From Actinomycetes bacterium (lineage in GTDB: Bacteria > Actinomycetota > Acidimicrobiia > Acidimicrobiales > JAMCPL01), in assembly GCA_021846515.1 (NCBI GenBank), contig JAJZWU010000002.1:40033-104032 (forward strand): a stretch of DNA of 64,000 nt. Reading direction: 5' to 3'. Position numbers and translations under genes: made by a program. Below the pieces are notes generated by a model, which saw only the letters and a program-made list of their open reading frames with translations, had not been told where the DNA came from and ran no database searches. Of the stretch, positions 9,468-19,796 are shown in pieces; the stretch's first letter is position 1; every line of letters starts with the position of its first letter.

Positions 9468-10691
9468 TTAGGCCAGTTTCGGTTCTTTGGGCAGTCCAAG
9501 TACCCTTTCCCCGACTATATTGTGCATCACCTCATCTGTTCCTCCTGCAATACGCATGCCGGGTACAGAGAGTAAAAACTCCGACCATGCATATGTACCC
9601 CATTCCCCGCTGTCGGCTGTTATCTTCATGCCAAGCACTTCTGAGAGAAGATTACAGATACGGACGAAGTTCTGAGTGAGGGACAGTTTTGCTATGGACA
9701 TTTCCGGTCCCGGTAGTTGGTTTGCCGCCAGTTTCGACATGGCACGTATGTTCGTATACGATGCTATCTTAAGGTTTATAATAACCTGAGCCAGGTCCTG
9801 CCTTATTAGCGGGTCGGACGATTTACCCATCTGCCTCACCAGCTCCATTAGCCTCCACGTTCCAAGCGAACCCAGTCCTGAGCCACCTCCACCTCCACCT
9901 ATGGCTGCCCTCTCGTTCATCAATGTAGTCAAGGCCACCGTCCATCCGGCGTTCACGTCGCCCAGCCGGTGACTGTCGGGTATGCGGACATCGGTAAAGA
10001 AAACCTCGTTGAAAGATGCGCCACCTGTAATCTGGCGTAATGGCCTTACCTCCACCCCGGGAGCATGCATATCGACCACGAAGCCTGTCAGCCCTCTGTG
10101 CTTTTCTACGTTGGGATCAGTACGGCAGATTATTTCACCTATATCTGACAGATGTGCCCCCGATGTCCAGACCTTCTGTCCATTTATTACCCATTCATCA
10201 CCGTCCTTGATTGCTTTGGTCTGCAAACTGGCCAGATCGCTCCCGGAACTCGGCTCGCTGAATAGCTGGCATGCAACAATATCGCCCCGGTAGAGACTGC
10301 GCAGATATTTTTTCTTCACTTCCTCTGTTGCATGGGCGAGTATGGTAGGTGCAATCATCCCAAGACCTATACCGAATACAGCTTGTGATGGTATGTTGAA
10401 CCCAGTTTCGAGATGGTCATAGATGCGCTGATATGAGCGTGGGAGGTTTCTGCCGCCGTATTCCTCCGGTCCGGTTATCCACCCGAAACCGGCATCGAAA
10501 CGCAGTTTGGACCATGATTGAGCTTCCTTCAGATCGGCTTGATCTTCTTCAGGAGTGCGCTCTGGGAATAGGCTGACCTTGTCGGATCCCTCTCCCCATT
10601 GACGGGTTATCTCCACTCTAGGTTCAGCGTTTGACTGGAGAAAGTCGAGAGCCTCTTTCTCGAATGCTTCTTCGGAAATTACTTCTACCAT
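9468..10691 (-). CDS. Acyl-CoA dehydrogenase
   Basis: 407 aa with LFSEPSSGSD and GGTDEVMHNIVGERVLGLP motifs of the ACAD family. Confidence 0.85.
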   Translation of the reverse strand: MVEVISEEAFEKEALDFLQSNAEPRVEITRQWGEGSDKVSLFPERTPEEDQADLKEAQSWSKLRFDAGFGWITGPEEYGGRNLPRSYQRIYDHLETGFNIPSQAVFGIGLGMIAPTILAHATEEVKKKYLRSLYRGDIVACQLFSEPSSGSDLASLQTKAIKDGDEWVINGQKVWTSGAHLSDIGEIICRTDPNVEKHRGLTGFVVDMHAPGVEVRPLRQITGGASFNEVFFTDVRIPDSHRLGDVNAGWTVALTTLMNERAAIGGGGGGSGLGSLGTWRLMELVRQMGKSSDPLIRQDLAQVIINLKIASYTNIRAMSKLAANQLPGPEMSIAKLSLTQNFVRICNLLSEVLGMKITADSGEWGTYAWSEFLLSVPGMRIAGGTDEVMHNIVGERVLGLPKEPKLA

Positions 10692-10825
10692 TTACTCACC
10701 TCATTTCAATCCTGTGGCGACATTGTATGTTAACCACTTTATTCATAGTTACACTCTATAGCTATTATTCTCCCAATAGGAGAGTGCGCGACCACAAATT
10801 ATACTATCAACCACTGACATATAAA

Positions 10826-11578
10826 TCAAAGTTGGACGGAATAGATGACCCATATGCGTTCTGACATCCAAGGGGAGAGGACAACGGCGCCTTTTTCTCC
10901 GCTCAGTTCCATGGTGCCGTCATCTTTATGGCTGATAACAGTAAATAGAGCTCCCGGTAGAATTCCATCACGGTTTGCCAGTTCAAGAGATTCCCAGCTC
11001 ATTTCCATCTCTTCAGTCACCCGCTCTATGGTTATTTTGTCGCCTATAGAAGTTTCAGATAATGGGACAGGGTATGACTTATCCTCAAGTGATATTTTCC
11101 TGGGATTTCCAGCTGTGTCGCTATCGTGCTGTCCTGTCCGTCTTGCAGCTTTTCTGCTCGTTTTTATATCGGACATACTTGGTATGGGGTTTCCATGAGG
11201 ACATGTAGAAGGGTTGCCAAGTAGTGTTACCAGGTATTGCTCCACCTCGTCGGATATAACGTGTTCCCAGCGTCCTGCTTCAGCATGAGCTTTATGCCAG
11301 GGAAGACCTATGACATCGACCAGCAGTCTTTCCGCCAGGCGGTGTTTACGTACCACGCTTATAGCACGTGTACGCCCTTTTGTGGTGAGAATAATGCGTC
11401 GCGGTTTTCGATGAAGATACCCGTCAGATTCCAGGCGTTCCAGCATGGCCGATACTGTAGGTACCGACCTGCCAAGGCGTTTAGCTACGCGTGCCTGTAT
11501 AACAGGTGCTCCCTCTTCTTCCAGAGACCATATTGTTTCAAGATATTCTTCAACTGGTGGATGTACCTCTTCAGTCAT
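10826..11578 (-). CDS. DtxR/IdeR/MntR family metal-dependent transcriptional regulator
   Basis: 250 aa. N-terminal winged HTH plus the metal-site region RKHRLAERLL...WHKAHAEA...CPHGNPIP. C-terminal SH3/FeoA-like domain after an inserted linker of about 40 aa. Confidence 0.8.
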   Translation of the reverse strand: MTEEVHPPVEEYLETIWSLEEEGAPVIQARVAKRLGRSVPTVSAMLERLESDGYLHRKPRRIILTTKGRTRAISVVRKHRLAERLLVDVIGLPWHKAHAEAGRWEHVISDEVEQYLVTLLGNPSTCPHGNPIPSMSDIKTSRKAARRTGQHDSDTAGNPRKISLEDKSYPVPLSETSIGDKITIERVTEEMEMSWESLELANRDGILPGALFTVISHKDDGTMELSGEKGAVVLSPWMSERIWVIYSVQL

Positions 11579-11608
11579 GATGTCTTACCAATCCTAGCGT
11601 ATACAGCT

Positions 11609-12853
11609 ATGATGGGTGAGATGGGTCTTCCGGAGGCACTTCTTATTCTAGCTGCTTGCCTGATAGGTGGATATATCCTTCAGGCTGTCGGTCTGGCTAT
11701 AGCCATAGTGGCTGCCCGCAGACATGCGGCGCCGGTTCTGCGCGGTGGATTAAGCCATATTAAGGGGCCATTACGTATTCTTGTCCCGTTCATTGCTATG
11801 GCTGCCGGCCTCCCTGAGGTGCATCTCGTCGGGCACTTGAGAGATTGGTTCGATCATGGTGTCGGCATAGTGGTTATCCTTGCTGTAGCCTGGCTTGCGA
11901 TACGGCTGGTCTCGGTAGTGGAGGATGCCATCCTCGGTAAGTATACGCTGGCAACTACCGGTACGGTTGTTGGTACAGTTGCAGGCCAAACTACCGGTGT
12001 GGTTGCAGGCCAAAGCCAACTCGATCAGGAACAACTGGATAAGGCTCAGCGTATCCATACCCAGGTAAGGCTTTTGCGCAGGATAATAGCAATAGTTGTC
12101 TTGATCATAGCGGCCGGAGCCATTCTTATGAGCTTCGGAAAGGTAAGGGCATACGGGGCTTCTCTCCTGGCATCTGCAGGAATAGTCGGCATAGTGGTTG
12201 GCTTGGCGGCGCAGCCAATTATGACGAACCTCCTGGCCGGAGCGCAGATAGGGATTGCCCAGCCCTTCAGAGTGGATGATGTCGTAGTGATAGACGGCCA
12301 CTGGGGGCGCATAGAGGAGATCAGTCTCACCTATGTGGTCGTCAGGATATGGGATCTTCGTCGTCTGGTACTGCCGATCTCTTGGTTTGTACAGAATCCA
12401 TTTGAGAATTGGACGAGATCAGGTGCGGATCTTCTCGGGTACGTACATATTGAAGTAGATTACACTACTCCGATAGACAGGATGCGTGAAGAACTGCACC
12501 GTATATTGCAGGCATCTCCACGATGGAGTGGATCGGTTTGGAATCTTCAAGTGACTGGCGCCGGTCCTTCTACACTGCAGGTAAGGGCACTCATGAGTGC
12601 ACGTAATTCACAGGATTCTTGGGATTTACAGTGTGAAGTAAGGGAGAAGCTGGTGGCATTCCTGCGGGACAATTACCCGAATGCGTTACCCAGGATAAGA
12701 TTGGAAGGTGATAGGTTGGAGAGCTGCAATTCTGCGAATATGGAAGCTGACTCGAACACGGAAGCCAAATACTCCAATGCGCCAGGTGAGGATAATACAG
12801 GCAGGAACGAGGACAGTCCCACCACAGTTATGAGAAAAGACACTTTTGACTAA
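11609..12853 (+). CDS. Mechanosensitive ion channel (MscS family)
   Basis: Multi-TM N-terminus and MscS core (LLAGAQIGIAQPFRVDDVVVIDGHWGRIEEISLTYVVV). The track ORF opens at 11237, but that part is antisense to the DtxR gene, so ATG 11609 was chosen. Confidence 0.75.
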   Translation: MMGEMGLPEALLILAACLIGGYILQAVGLAIAIVAARRHAAPVLRGGLSHIKGPLRILVPFIAMAAGLPEVHLVGHLRDWFDHGVGIVVILAVAWLAIRLVSVVEDAILGKYTLATTGTVVGTVAGQTTGVVAGQSQLDQEQLDKAQRIHTQVRLLRRIIAIVVLIIAAGAILMSFGKVRAYGASLLASAGIVGIVVGLAAQPIMTNLLAGAQIGIAQPFRVDDVVVIDGHWGRIEEISLTYVVVRIWDLRRLVLPISWFVQNPFENWTRSGADLLGYVHIEVDYTTPIDRMREELHRILQASPRWSGSVWNLQVTGAGPSTLQVRALMSARNSQDSWDLQCEVREKLVAFLRDNYPNALPRIRLEGDRLESCNSANMEADSNTEAKYSNAPGEDNTGRNEDSPTTVMRKDTFD

Positions 12854-12859
12854 TTGATT

Positions 12860-12888
12860 TTGACTGGTTGGTCAAGAAGATTTAATAT
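12860..12888 (+). promoter_or_regulatory. Candidate sigma-70-type promoter for the acyl-CoA dehydrogenase gene
   Basis: TTGACT (12860-12865), a 17-nt spacer, then TAATAT (12883-12888). The -35 lies within the TTGAC-N6-GTCAA palindrome. Confidence 0.4.
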
Positions 12889-12975
12889 CTGATATAGTTG
12901 GAGTTTGATCCGGATGAGCCGTAGTGTAGTATGGCTAAGACCGGAATATTAGCTGAGTTAAGGAGAGACAGGTTT

Positions 12976-14091
12976 ATGAATTTTACCTTCACTGAAGAGC
13001 AGGAAGAGTTGAGGCGGCAGGTACGTCGATTTCTGGAAGAGAAGTCTCCCACTACTGAGGTGAGGCGCCTCATGGAGACGGACGAAGGCTATGACAAAGC
13101 GGTATGGGAACAGCTGGCAGGCCAACTGGGGCTGACTGCCCTCATCATACCTGAAGAGTACGGCGGCGCCGGCTTTGGGTATGTAGAGCTAACCGTAGTA
13201 CTTGAAGAGATGGGAGCCGCACTTCTGTGTGCGCCATTTTATTCGACCGTGGCGCTGGCTACCAATGCACTACTTCTTTCCGGTGACGAGCAGGCTAAGA
13301 AGGATCTGTTGCCTGGGATAGCATCAGGAGAGACGATAGCCACCTTGGCCTACACGGAGGACTCGGGTCGTTGGGACATAGACGGAGTTCAGCTTGCCGC
13401 CACCAACGGTCCCAATGGTTGGACGCTTAATGGGTCAAAGATGTTTGTAGTCGATGGCAATCTAGCCTCATTGATTATAGTTGCCGCCAGGACGCCCAGG
13501 GGAGTTAGTCTCTTTGCCGTGAATGGCGATGCCGATGGACTTACCAGAACCAGGCTGACCACGATGGACATGACACGCAAGCAATCGAGATTGGAGTTTG
13601 CCGGTACATCGGCTCGCCTGTTGGGTGAAGATGGGGCAGCAGAGGAGGTAATATCAAAGACCCTTGATCGTGCTGCTATTGCATTGGCGGCAGAGCAGGT
13701 AGGTGGTGCACAAAAGTGCCTGGATATGGCGGTAGAGTACGCCAAGAACCGTATACAGTTTGGTAGGCCAATCGGTTCATTCCAGGCCATAAAGCATAAG
13801 TGTGCAGACATGTTGATGGAGGTTGAGTCTGCAAGATCTGCTGCATATTATGGAGGCTGGGCTTTGGATGACGACTCTGATGAGGTTCCCGTGGTAGCCA
13901 GCCTTGCCAAATCGTACTGCTCGGAGGCTTATTTTCATGCTGCTGCCGAGAATATCCAGATTCATGGAGGTATAGGCTTTACTTGGGAGCATGATGCTCA
14001 TCTGTACTTCAAAAGGGCGAAGACTTCCGAGTTGCTTTTGGGTGACCCGAGCTACCATAGAGAGCTGTTGGCCACCAGAATAGGAATCTGA
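12976..14091 (+). CDS. Acyl-CoA dehydrogenase
   Basis: ACAD family (MNFTFTEEQEELR start typical; GGIGFTWEHDAHLYFKRA C-terminus). The ORF opens at 12931; ATG 12976 is preferred. Confidence 0.85.
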   Translation: MNFTFTEEQEELRRQVRRFLEEKSPTTEVRRLMETDEGYDKAVWEQLAGQLGLTALIIPEEYGGAGFGYVELTVVLEEMGAALLCAPFYSTVALATNALLLSGDEQAKKDLLPGIASGETIATLAYTEDSGRWDIDGVQLAATNGPNGWTLNGSKMFVVDGNLASLIIVAARTPRGVSLFAVNGDADGLTRTRLTTMDMTRKQSRLEFAGTSARLLGEDGAAEEVISKTLDRAAIALAAEQVGGAQKCLDMAVEYAKNRIQFGRPIGSFQAIKHKCADMLMEVESARSAAYYGGWALDDDSDEVPVVASLAKSYCSEAYFHAAAENIQIHGGIGFTWEHDAHLYFKRAKTSELLLGDPSYHRELLATRIGI

Positions 14092-14125
14092 AGCGATTAA
14101 CCGATCTCCCGGCAGATCGCTTAGG

Positions 14126-15778
14126 GTGGATGTTCGCTCTGCACGCGCGGCGGCTGGAGCTGCGATAGAAACTGCACGTGACCAGGTTGGTAAGCTTGAT
14201 TTTATAGGTATCCTTGTCGGCACTGATGACTTGAATGTGGCGGATCAAGTATCATCCGAGATCATCTCGTTTGAAGAGATGGTAGCTGCTGCAAGATCCG
14301 ATCTCAGAGATTTTTCTGCAAAGTCTGGTACATCTCTGCTTTTATCACGGGGGGTAGGTGAGTCTCTGGTGGTGCTACTCGGAACCGGCAATCCCATAGA
14401 GGCGGAGGAGTCTGCATGGCTGGAGTCTCTCCGCCTGGCCGGTGCTGAGTTTTCCCGGACGTTATCGAAAAGAGATACTAAGCGTACCGGATCGGGTGGC
14501 GCCTGTATGATAATTGATCAGCCGACCGCCAGTGCGAGCGCATTACAGGCACTTACAGAGGGAATCCTGCTTGGTTCTTATTGTTTCGATTTATACAAGC
14601 GGGCGGAAGCTGTCCCTGATGGCAAGTACCCGGTTGTGCTTGTAGTATTAGAGGGTGAAGAAGGGGCGCCTGCTGCAGATACAACCCAGGCTGCAGCGCC
14701 GGGAGCCGGAGGACATGTAGAGACGAATGCAGCCCGGGGTGCAGAGAAATGGGATGGGGTAGAGAAGGGAATTATCCTTGCCAAATATACGGCATTTGCC
14801 CGCGATCTGGTTAATACGCCTGCACGTGATATGACTCCAGAGATTTTCTGCGAGCGTGTCAGGGAGGTCGTAGCACAGGCTGGAACTGATAGCAATATTG
14901 GGGTGGGTATTGAGATATGGGATGAAGGGCGCATAGCTGCAGAGCGTATGGGTGGCCTTATTGGGGTTTCAAGTGGTTCTACTCATCCACCAAGGTTGCT
15001 GAAGGCAACTTATGATCCGTACAGTGTTTCTTCTACCGGGGAACAGGATGCTGGAGCGCATATAGTATTGGTAGGTAAGGGAGTGACGTTTGATTCCGGT
15101 GGGCTTTCGTTAAAATCGGCCGATTCTATGGTTACGATGAAGACCGATATGAGCGGTGCCGCGATAGTATGTGCTTCCTTGCTTGCCTGCGCGGAATATG
15201 GCGTGCGTAGCAAAATAACTGCGATTGCGCCATTGACCGAGAATATGCCAGGAGAGGATGCTATAGCACCCGGGGATGTCCTGACTATTCGTAATGGTAG
15301 CACGGTAGAAGTTCTCAATACTGATGCTGAAGGTAGGCTCATTTTGGCAGATGCATTATCTTTGGCGACCGAGTTATCTCCTGATGTGATTATAGATGTG
15401 GCTACTCTGACTGGGGCTTGTGTAATAGCATTGGGGAAGAGGGTGGCTGGAGTGTTTACCAACAGGGATAACCTGTTTGGTGCCCTGGATAGTGCTGCAT
15501 TGATTGCCGGAGAGCCTATCTGGAGGCTACCCCTTGTGGACAAGTATCGTGATCATATAGACTCGGAAATTGCGGATATGAAAAATATTGGCAAGCCTGG
15601 TCAGGCCGGGTCTATTGTTGCTGCACTCATGTTGGAGAGGTTTGTAAATGATATGCCCTGGGCACACTTGGATATTGCCGGTCCTGCCAGATCCGACGAA
15701 GACTCGGGTTATATGCAAAAGGGCGCTACCGCATTTGGCATAAGGCTACTTGGCGAGTATATCTGCAGAAATATTTAG
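14126..15778 (+). CDS. pepA: Leucyl aminopeptidase (M17)
   Basis: 550 aa with the NTDAEGRLILAD signature and VGKGVTFDSGG. GTG start; start uncertain. Confidence 0.85.
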   Translation: MDVRSARAAAGAAIETARDQVGKLDFIGILVGTDDLNVADQVSSEIISFEEMVAAARSDLRDFSAKSGTSLLLSRGVGESLVVLLGTGNPIEAEESAWLESLRLAGAEFSRTLSKRDTKRTGSGGACMIIDQPTASASALQALTEGILLGSYCFDLYKRAEAVPDGKYPVVLVVLEGEEGAPAADTTQAAAPGAGGHVETNAARGAEKWDGVEKGIILAKYTAFARDLVNTPARDMTPEIFCERVREVVAQAGTDSNIGVGIEIWDEGRIAAERMGGLIGVSSGSTHPPRLLKATYDPYSVSSTGEQDAGAHIVLVGKGVTFDSGGLSLKSADSMVTMKTDMSGAAIVCASLLACAEYGVRSKITAIAPLTENMPGEDAIAPGDVLTIRNGSTVEVLNTDAEGRLILADALSLATELSPDVIIDVATLTGACVIALGKRVAGVFTNRDNLFGALDSAALIAGEPIWRLPLVDKYRDHIDSEIADMKNIGKPGQAGSIVAALMLERFVNDMPWAHLDIAGPARSDEDSGYMQKGATAFGIRLLGEYICRNI

Positions 15779-15850
15779 ACGCTTAGGCTTGACTATGGCC
15801 AACTGTGCCTATCGGTTGCGAGCCTCTATCTGGACTATGATATAAATGCG

Positions 15851-17803
15851 ATGATAGAGAAGCCGTCGCCAGATAGCATCCCAGACACTCCGGGATCCTA
15901 CCAGTTTTTTGACCAGGATGGTAGGGTTATTTATGTAGGCAAGGCGAAGTCCCTGCGCAACCGCGTGATGAGCTATTTTGCCTCTCCTGATGCTCTATCG
16001 CCCAAGACCGCTCAGATGATGTCACAGGCCGTCAGGGTGGAATGGGTACAGGTGGCTACCGAGGTGGAATCTCTTTTATTGGAGTATTCCCTTATAAAGA
16101 CCTACAAACCCCGGTTCAATATAAGGCTGATAGACGATAAGAGCTACCCATGGTTGGCGATCAGTCTTTCGGAGAGATGGCCAGGCGTCTATGTCACCAG
16201 AGGTAAGTTAAGGCGTGGGACGAGGTATTACGGTCCGTATACAAACGTGAAAGCTGTGCGTGAAACGCTGTCATTACTGATAAAGACATATCCAGTGAGG
16301 ACATGCTCAGACACAAAGATGACCAGACATGCCAGAATGGGGAGGCCATGCCTTTTATATCATATCGGGAGGTGCTCTGGTCCTTGTATCGCTGGAGTGG
16401 ATGAAGTGGAGTATGTCGGCTACGTTAAGGGATTGATGACCTTTCTATCCGGTGACACGAAACCAATTATCAAGCGCATGGAACGCGAGATGAAGGACGC
16501 GGCTATAAGGATGGACTTTGAGACTGCTGCCAGGATCAGGGATGGCATTACGGCTATCCGGAAGACCCTCGAAGAGCAGATGATTTATACAGGGGGAAAT
16601 GACAACGCTGATGTGATAGGAATAGCCTGGGATGAGCTCGAATCATCTGTGTTTGTCCTCCATGTACGCCACGGTGCAATAGTGGGTCGTAGGGCATTTG
16701 TTATTGAGGTGGGTGAGAACGATTGGAACGAGCATAACGTGGTGGAGAAAGCACTGGAGAGGCTCTATGCTATAGAATCAGATTACCGGCTAACTCTTCT
16801 GGATGGTATAGGCCGTCCGCGCGAAGTGATTGTACCCATGCTACCAGGAGATGTGGACATGTATCAAGACCTCATACGGTTTTCCGGTTTAGTCCATGAA
16901 CCTGCAGGTGTTAAAGGCGATGAGATTGCCCCATCTGCAGTGGCGATAAAGGTTCCCCAACGTGGTAGGAAGAGGGCACTGCTTGACAGGGCAGGAGAGA
17001 ATGCCGCGCATCACCTGGCTCAGCATAAATTGAAACGTTCGCAGGATCCGGCCTCGATGGCTCGTGCACTGGAAGAGCTCCAGAGGTACCTGGAACTGGA
17101 TAGGGCGCCTCTTAGAATTGAGTGTTACGATACAAGCCACTTGCAGGGGACCAATTATGTCGCATCTATGGTGGTCATTGAAGATGGCCTTCCGCGCCCT
17201 TCAGAGTATCGTCGTTTCAGGCTTAAAGAGGTTCCGTCAAATAATGATTTTGCCGCGATGGAAGAGGTTTTGAGGCGCAGGTTATCTAAATTGACCGATC
17301 TGGCCAAAGGTACGAAGTCCGAGTCCACCAAGAACACGAAATTCACTTATCCGCCTCACCTGATACTGCTTGATGGAGGCAAGGGGCAACTGGGTGTCGG
17401 CGTTAGGGTGCTTGAAGAGATGGGATTGCAAAACCGGATAGCTATTGCTTCACTTGCTAAGCGGCTGGAGGAGGTGTACCTGCCTGGCAGGGGGGATCCG
17501 GTGCCTATCCCAATGGGCTCTGAGGCTCTTTATATACTGCAGCGCGCCAGAGACGAGTCTCATAGAACGGCTATTTCCTACCATAGAAAACTGAGGTCCA
17601 ACTCTATGACAGATAGCATTCTCGATGGTATTAAGGGACTTGGAGAAAAGCGCCAGGCACGCCTTATCGGAGAAGCCGGAGGTGTAAAGAGATTGCGGTC
17701 GATGACGCGTGATCAACTGTCTGCGTTTAGTTGGCTTCCCAAAGATGTAAGTGAGCGTGTCTATGATGCAATGCATCCCGCCAGGCGGCACTATCAGCAG
17801 TGA
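15851..17803 (+). CDS. uvrC: Excinuclease ABC subunit C
   Basis: 650 aa. GIY-YIG N-terminus (GSYQFFD...VIYVGKA), UVR domain and C-terminal (HhH)2. Confidence 0.95.
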   Translation: MIEKPSPDSIPDTPGSYQFFDQDGRVIYVGKAKSLRNRVMSYFASPDALSPKTAQMMSQAVRVEWVQVATEVESLLLEYSLIKTYKPRFNIRLIDDKSYPWLAISLSERWPGVYVTRGKLRRGTRYYGPYTNVKAVRETLSLLIKTYPVRTCSDTKMTRHARMGRPCLLYHIGRCSGPCIAGVDEVEYVGYVKGLMTFLSGDTKPIIKRMEREMKDAAIRMDFETAARIRDGITAIRKTLEEQMIYTGGNDNADVIGIAWDELESSVFVLHVRHGAIVGRRAFVIEVGENDWNEHNVVEKALERLYAIESDYRLTLLDGIGRPREVIVPMLPGDVDMYQDLIRFSGLVHEPAGVKGDEIAPSAVAIKVPQRGRKRALLDRAGENAAHHLAQHKLKRSQDPASMARALEELQRYLELDRAPLRIECYDTSHLQGTNYVASMVVIEDGLPRPSEYRRFRLKEVPSNNDFAAMEEVLRRRLSKLTDLAKGTKSESTKNTKFTYPPHLILLDGGKGQLGVGVRVLEEMGLQNRIAIASLAKRLEEVYLPGRGDPVPIPMGSEALYILQRARDESHRTAISYHRKLRSNSMTDSILDGIKGLGEKRQARLIGEAGGVKRLRSMTRDQLSAFSWLPKDVSERVYDAMHPARRHYQQ

Positions 17804-17874
17804 TTACCGGATTTAATGGCAGTAACCATCCTTCCAATCGTCATATAGTTATTCGGCGATGTACACTGTGAGAG

Positions 17875-18780
17875 ATGGATTCGAAGATGATAGACGCACC
17901 GACCGCAGATACACGTAAGGCAGAGTACCTTATTATTACCGGAATGTCAGGGGCAGGTAGGTCAACTGTTGCTGATGCCCTTGAAGATGCAGGTTGGTAT
18001 GTAATAGATAATATGCCTCCATCACTTTTGGCGGAATCGCCATCCGCTCTCGGTGCGGTAGGTGTACCACCATATAGAGTAGCGTTGGTGGTTGGGCGTG
18101 GGGGAGGCACCAGGGTCGATGACCTGCTTAATTCATTGCAGTTGTTGCGCTCCTCGGGACACTCGGTCAAGTTGCTTTACCTGGATGCTCCCGATGAGAT
18201 ATTGATTAGGCGATTTGAGGGTACTCGTAGACGGCATCCGATGTCTGGTGTGGAGCCGGGCATGAAGATACAGGAGGCAATTGCAGACGAGCGTAGAATG
18301 CTCGAACCGGTAAAGGATATAGCTGATATTGTAATCGAATCTGGTGAGCTGAATGTAAATCAACTCCGTAGCAGGATTATAGAAAGCTTTCGATCCGGCA
18401 TTGGCGGAGCTCTCCAGGTGACCGTTATGTCCTTCGGGTTCAAATATGGAGTACCGCTCGATGCTGATATGTTGTTTGACTGCAGGTTCTTGCCCAATCC
18501 CTACTGGGTAGAGGAGTTAAAGAATCTAACTGGATTGGATGATCCGGTGAAGGATTACGTCCTTGAAGGCGGGGATGCACAAGACCTCCTCGGCAGGATT
18601 GATGACTTATTTCGTTTTGTGCTTCCGTTGTACATAAGAGAGGGTAAGTCTTACATCACTCTGGCTATCGGTTGTACGGGGGGTAAGCATCGATCGGTGG
18701 TTATTGCTCAGGAACTGTCCAGCAGGATCAGTGACCTGGGGGTGGATATAAGTGTATTGCACAGGGACGTTGAACACTAA
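17875..18780 (+). CDS. rapZ: RNase adapter / nucleotide-binding protein RapZ (YvcJ)
   Basis: 301 aa with P-loop ITGMSGAGRST and a CTGGKHRS motif. Part of the uvrC-rapZ-yvcK synteny. Confidence 0.9.
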   Translation: MDSKMIDAPTADTRKAEYLIITGMSGAGRSTVADALEDAGWYVIDNMPPSLLAESPSALGAVGVPPYRVALVVGRGGGTRVDDLLNSLQLLRSSGHSVKLLYLDAPDEILIRRFEGTRRRHPMSGVEPGMKIQEAIADERRMLEPVKDIADIVIESGELNVNQLRSRIIESFRSGIGGALQVTVMSFGFKYGVPLDADMLFDCRFLPNPYWVEELKNLTGLDDPVKDYVLEGGDAQDLLGRIDDLFRFVLPLYIREGKSYITLAIGCTGGKHRSVVIAQELSSRISDLGVDISVLHRDVEH

Positions 18781-19718
18781 TGACCGAAGAACTGAGCGCG
18801 CAAGCTCCTGTCTTTGGGTCGAGGGATAATCTTAGAGGGAGTGGCGAGCGTCCTGCCGTGGTGGCCATTGGCGGTGGTCATGGCCTCTCGGTCACCCTGC
18901 GAGCATTGACGAGTTATGCAGGTGATATAAGCGGCATTGTCTCTGTTGCCGACGACGGTGGATCATCGGGCAGGCTTCGTAAGATACTTGGTACTGTTCC
19001 ACCTGGAGACCTTCGTAAATGCCTGGTTGCGTTGGCTCCTAAGGATTCGTTGCTGGCAACGCTTTTCGAGTACCGTTTCCATGATGGGGAGCTTAATGGT
19101 CATGCACTTGGCAACCTCATATTGACAGCGTTGTTTGAGCATTGTGGAGATTTGCAGACTGCTCTCAATGAGGCAGGAAAGCTGCTGTCTGCCAAGGGAA
19201 GGGTACTCCCAGCGGCTGTGCATCCTGTGGTTCTGGAGGCTGACACAGACAATGGCAAGGTAAAAGGCCAGACGGCGGTGATGAACTCAGGCTCAATCAT
19301 CCACCTGGGAATGCAGCCTACCGACCCACAGGTATCAGATGAGGTGCTGTCGGCAATACGCAACGCCGATCAGATCGTGATAGGTCCTGGATCGCTGTTT
19401 ACCAGTGTAATAGCAGCATCAGGTATACCGGCGGTGGCAAGAGAGATTGCTCAGGCTTGCTGTCCCCGTGTATATGTAGCCAATTTAAGGGAACAACCGG
19501 GGGAGACAAGCGGTTATGACATGGCCGATCATCTCCTTGCACTCCGAGAGCACGGGATTGTGGTGGATGTCGTCCTTACCGACCCGCAGGGGTTATCGTT
19601 GGGGGAGATTGAGATGTCCGGCATAGTAATAGAGAAGAGGAACATCTCGGATGCTCGCGGGCTACTGCACGATCCGGTAAAGCTGGGTGAAGCCCTCAGT
19701 GGATTAGTGCATCTATAA
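18780..19718 (+). CDS. yvcK: YvcK / CofD-like gluconeogenesis-morphogenesis factor
   Basis: 312 aa with AIGGGHGLS and GPGSLFTS motifs. The start overlaps the rapZ stop (TAATG). Confidence 0.9.
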   Translation: MTEELSAQAPVFGSRDNLRGSGERPAVVAIGGGHGLSVTLRALTSYAGDISGIVSVADDGGSSGRLRKILGTVPPGDLRKCLVALAPKDSLLATLFEYRFHDGELNGHALGNLILTALFEHCGDLQTALNEAGKLLSAKGRVLPAAVHPVVLEADTDNGKVKGQTAVMNSGSIIHLGMQPTDPQVSDEVLSAIRNADQIVIGPGSLFTSVIAASGIPAVAREIAQACCPRVYVANLREQPGETSGYDMADHLLALREHGIVVDVVLTDPQGLSLGEIEMSGIVIEKRNISDARGLLHDPVKLGEALSGLVHL

Positions 19719-19796
19719 TGATTCGAGCGACCTGGATGCGCCTTATTTATCAAGGCCGGCGAAAGTTCGTACCAAATTAATGCATCTATAATAATT
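19703..19796. repeat. Direct repeat of the yvcK 3' end including the stop codon (19/21 nt, period 73)
   Basis: ATTAGTGCATCTATAATGATT (19703-19723) versus ATTAATGCATCTATAATAATT (19776-19796). Confidence 0.85.
19718..19780 (+). CDS. Candidate sORF (20 aa, MIRATWMRLIYQGRRKFVPN) coupled to the yvcK stop
   Basis: The ATG overlaps the yvcK TAA (TAATG). The ORF ends in a second TAATG that lies inside the duplicated copy of the yvcK 3' end. Confidence 0.2.
   Translation: MIRATWMRLIYQGRRKFVPN

Noticed and set aside
11237-11608. The long N-terminal extension of the MscS ORF in the track.
   Set aside because: It is entirely antisense to the well-supported DtxR-family gene and has no membrane or MscS features. 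The real start is taken as ATG 11609.
14091-14122. Two mutually exclusive hairpins (AAGCGAT/ATCGCTT, or CGATCT-CCCGGC-AGATCG) between the acyl-CoA dehydrogenase and pepA genes.
   Set aside because: The stems are short and there is no U-tract. The hairpins overlap the pepA ribosome-binding region, so this is too weak to call a terminator or attenuator.
15795-15854. A chain of a 16-codon ORF (15795-15845) and ATG-CGA-TGA (15846-15854) ending in the ATGA of the uvrC start, with GACTATG repeated.
   Set aside because: It is not coupled to the pepA stop, the repeats are short (7 nt), and the pattern is compatible with chance.
17800-17871. A GTG-started 23-codon ORF overlapping the uvrC stop (GTGA) and ending 4 nt before the rapZ ATG.
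   Set aside because: It has a non-ATG start, no overlap at the downstream end, and only faint repeat similarity.
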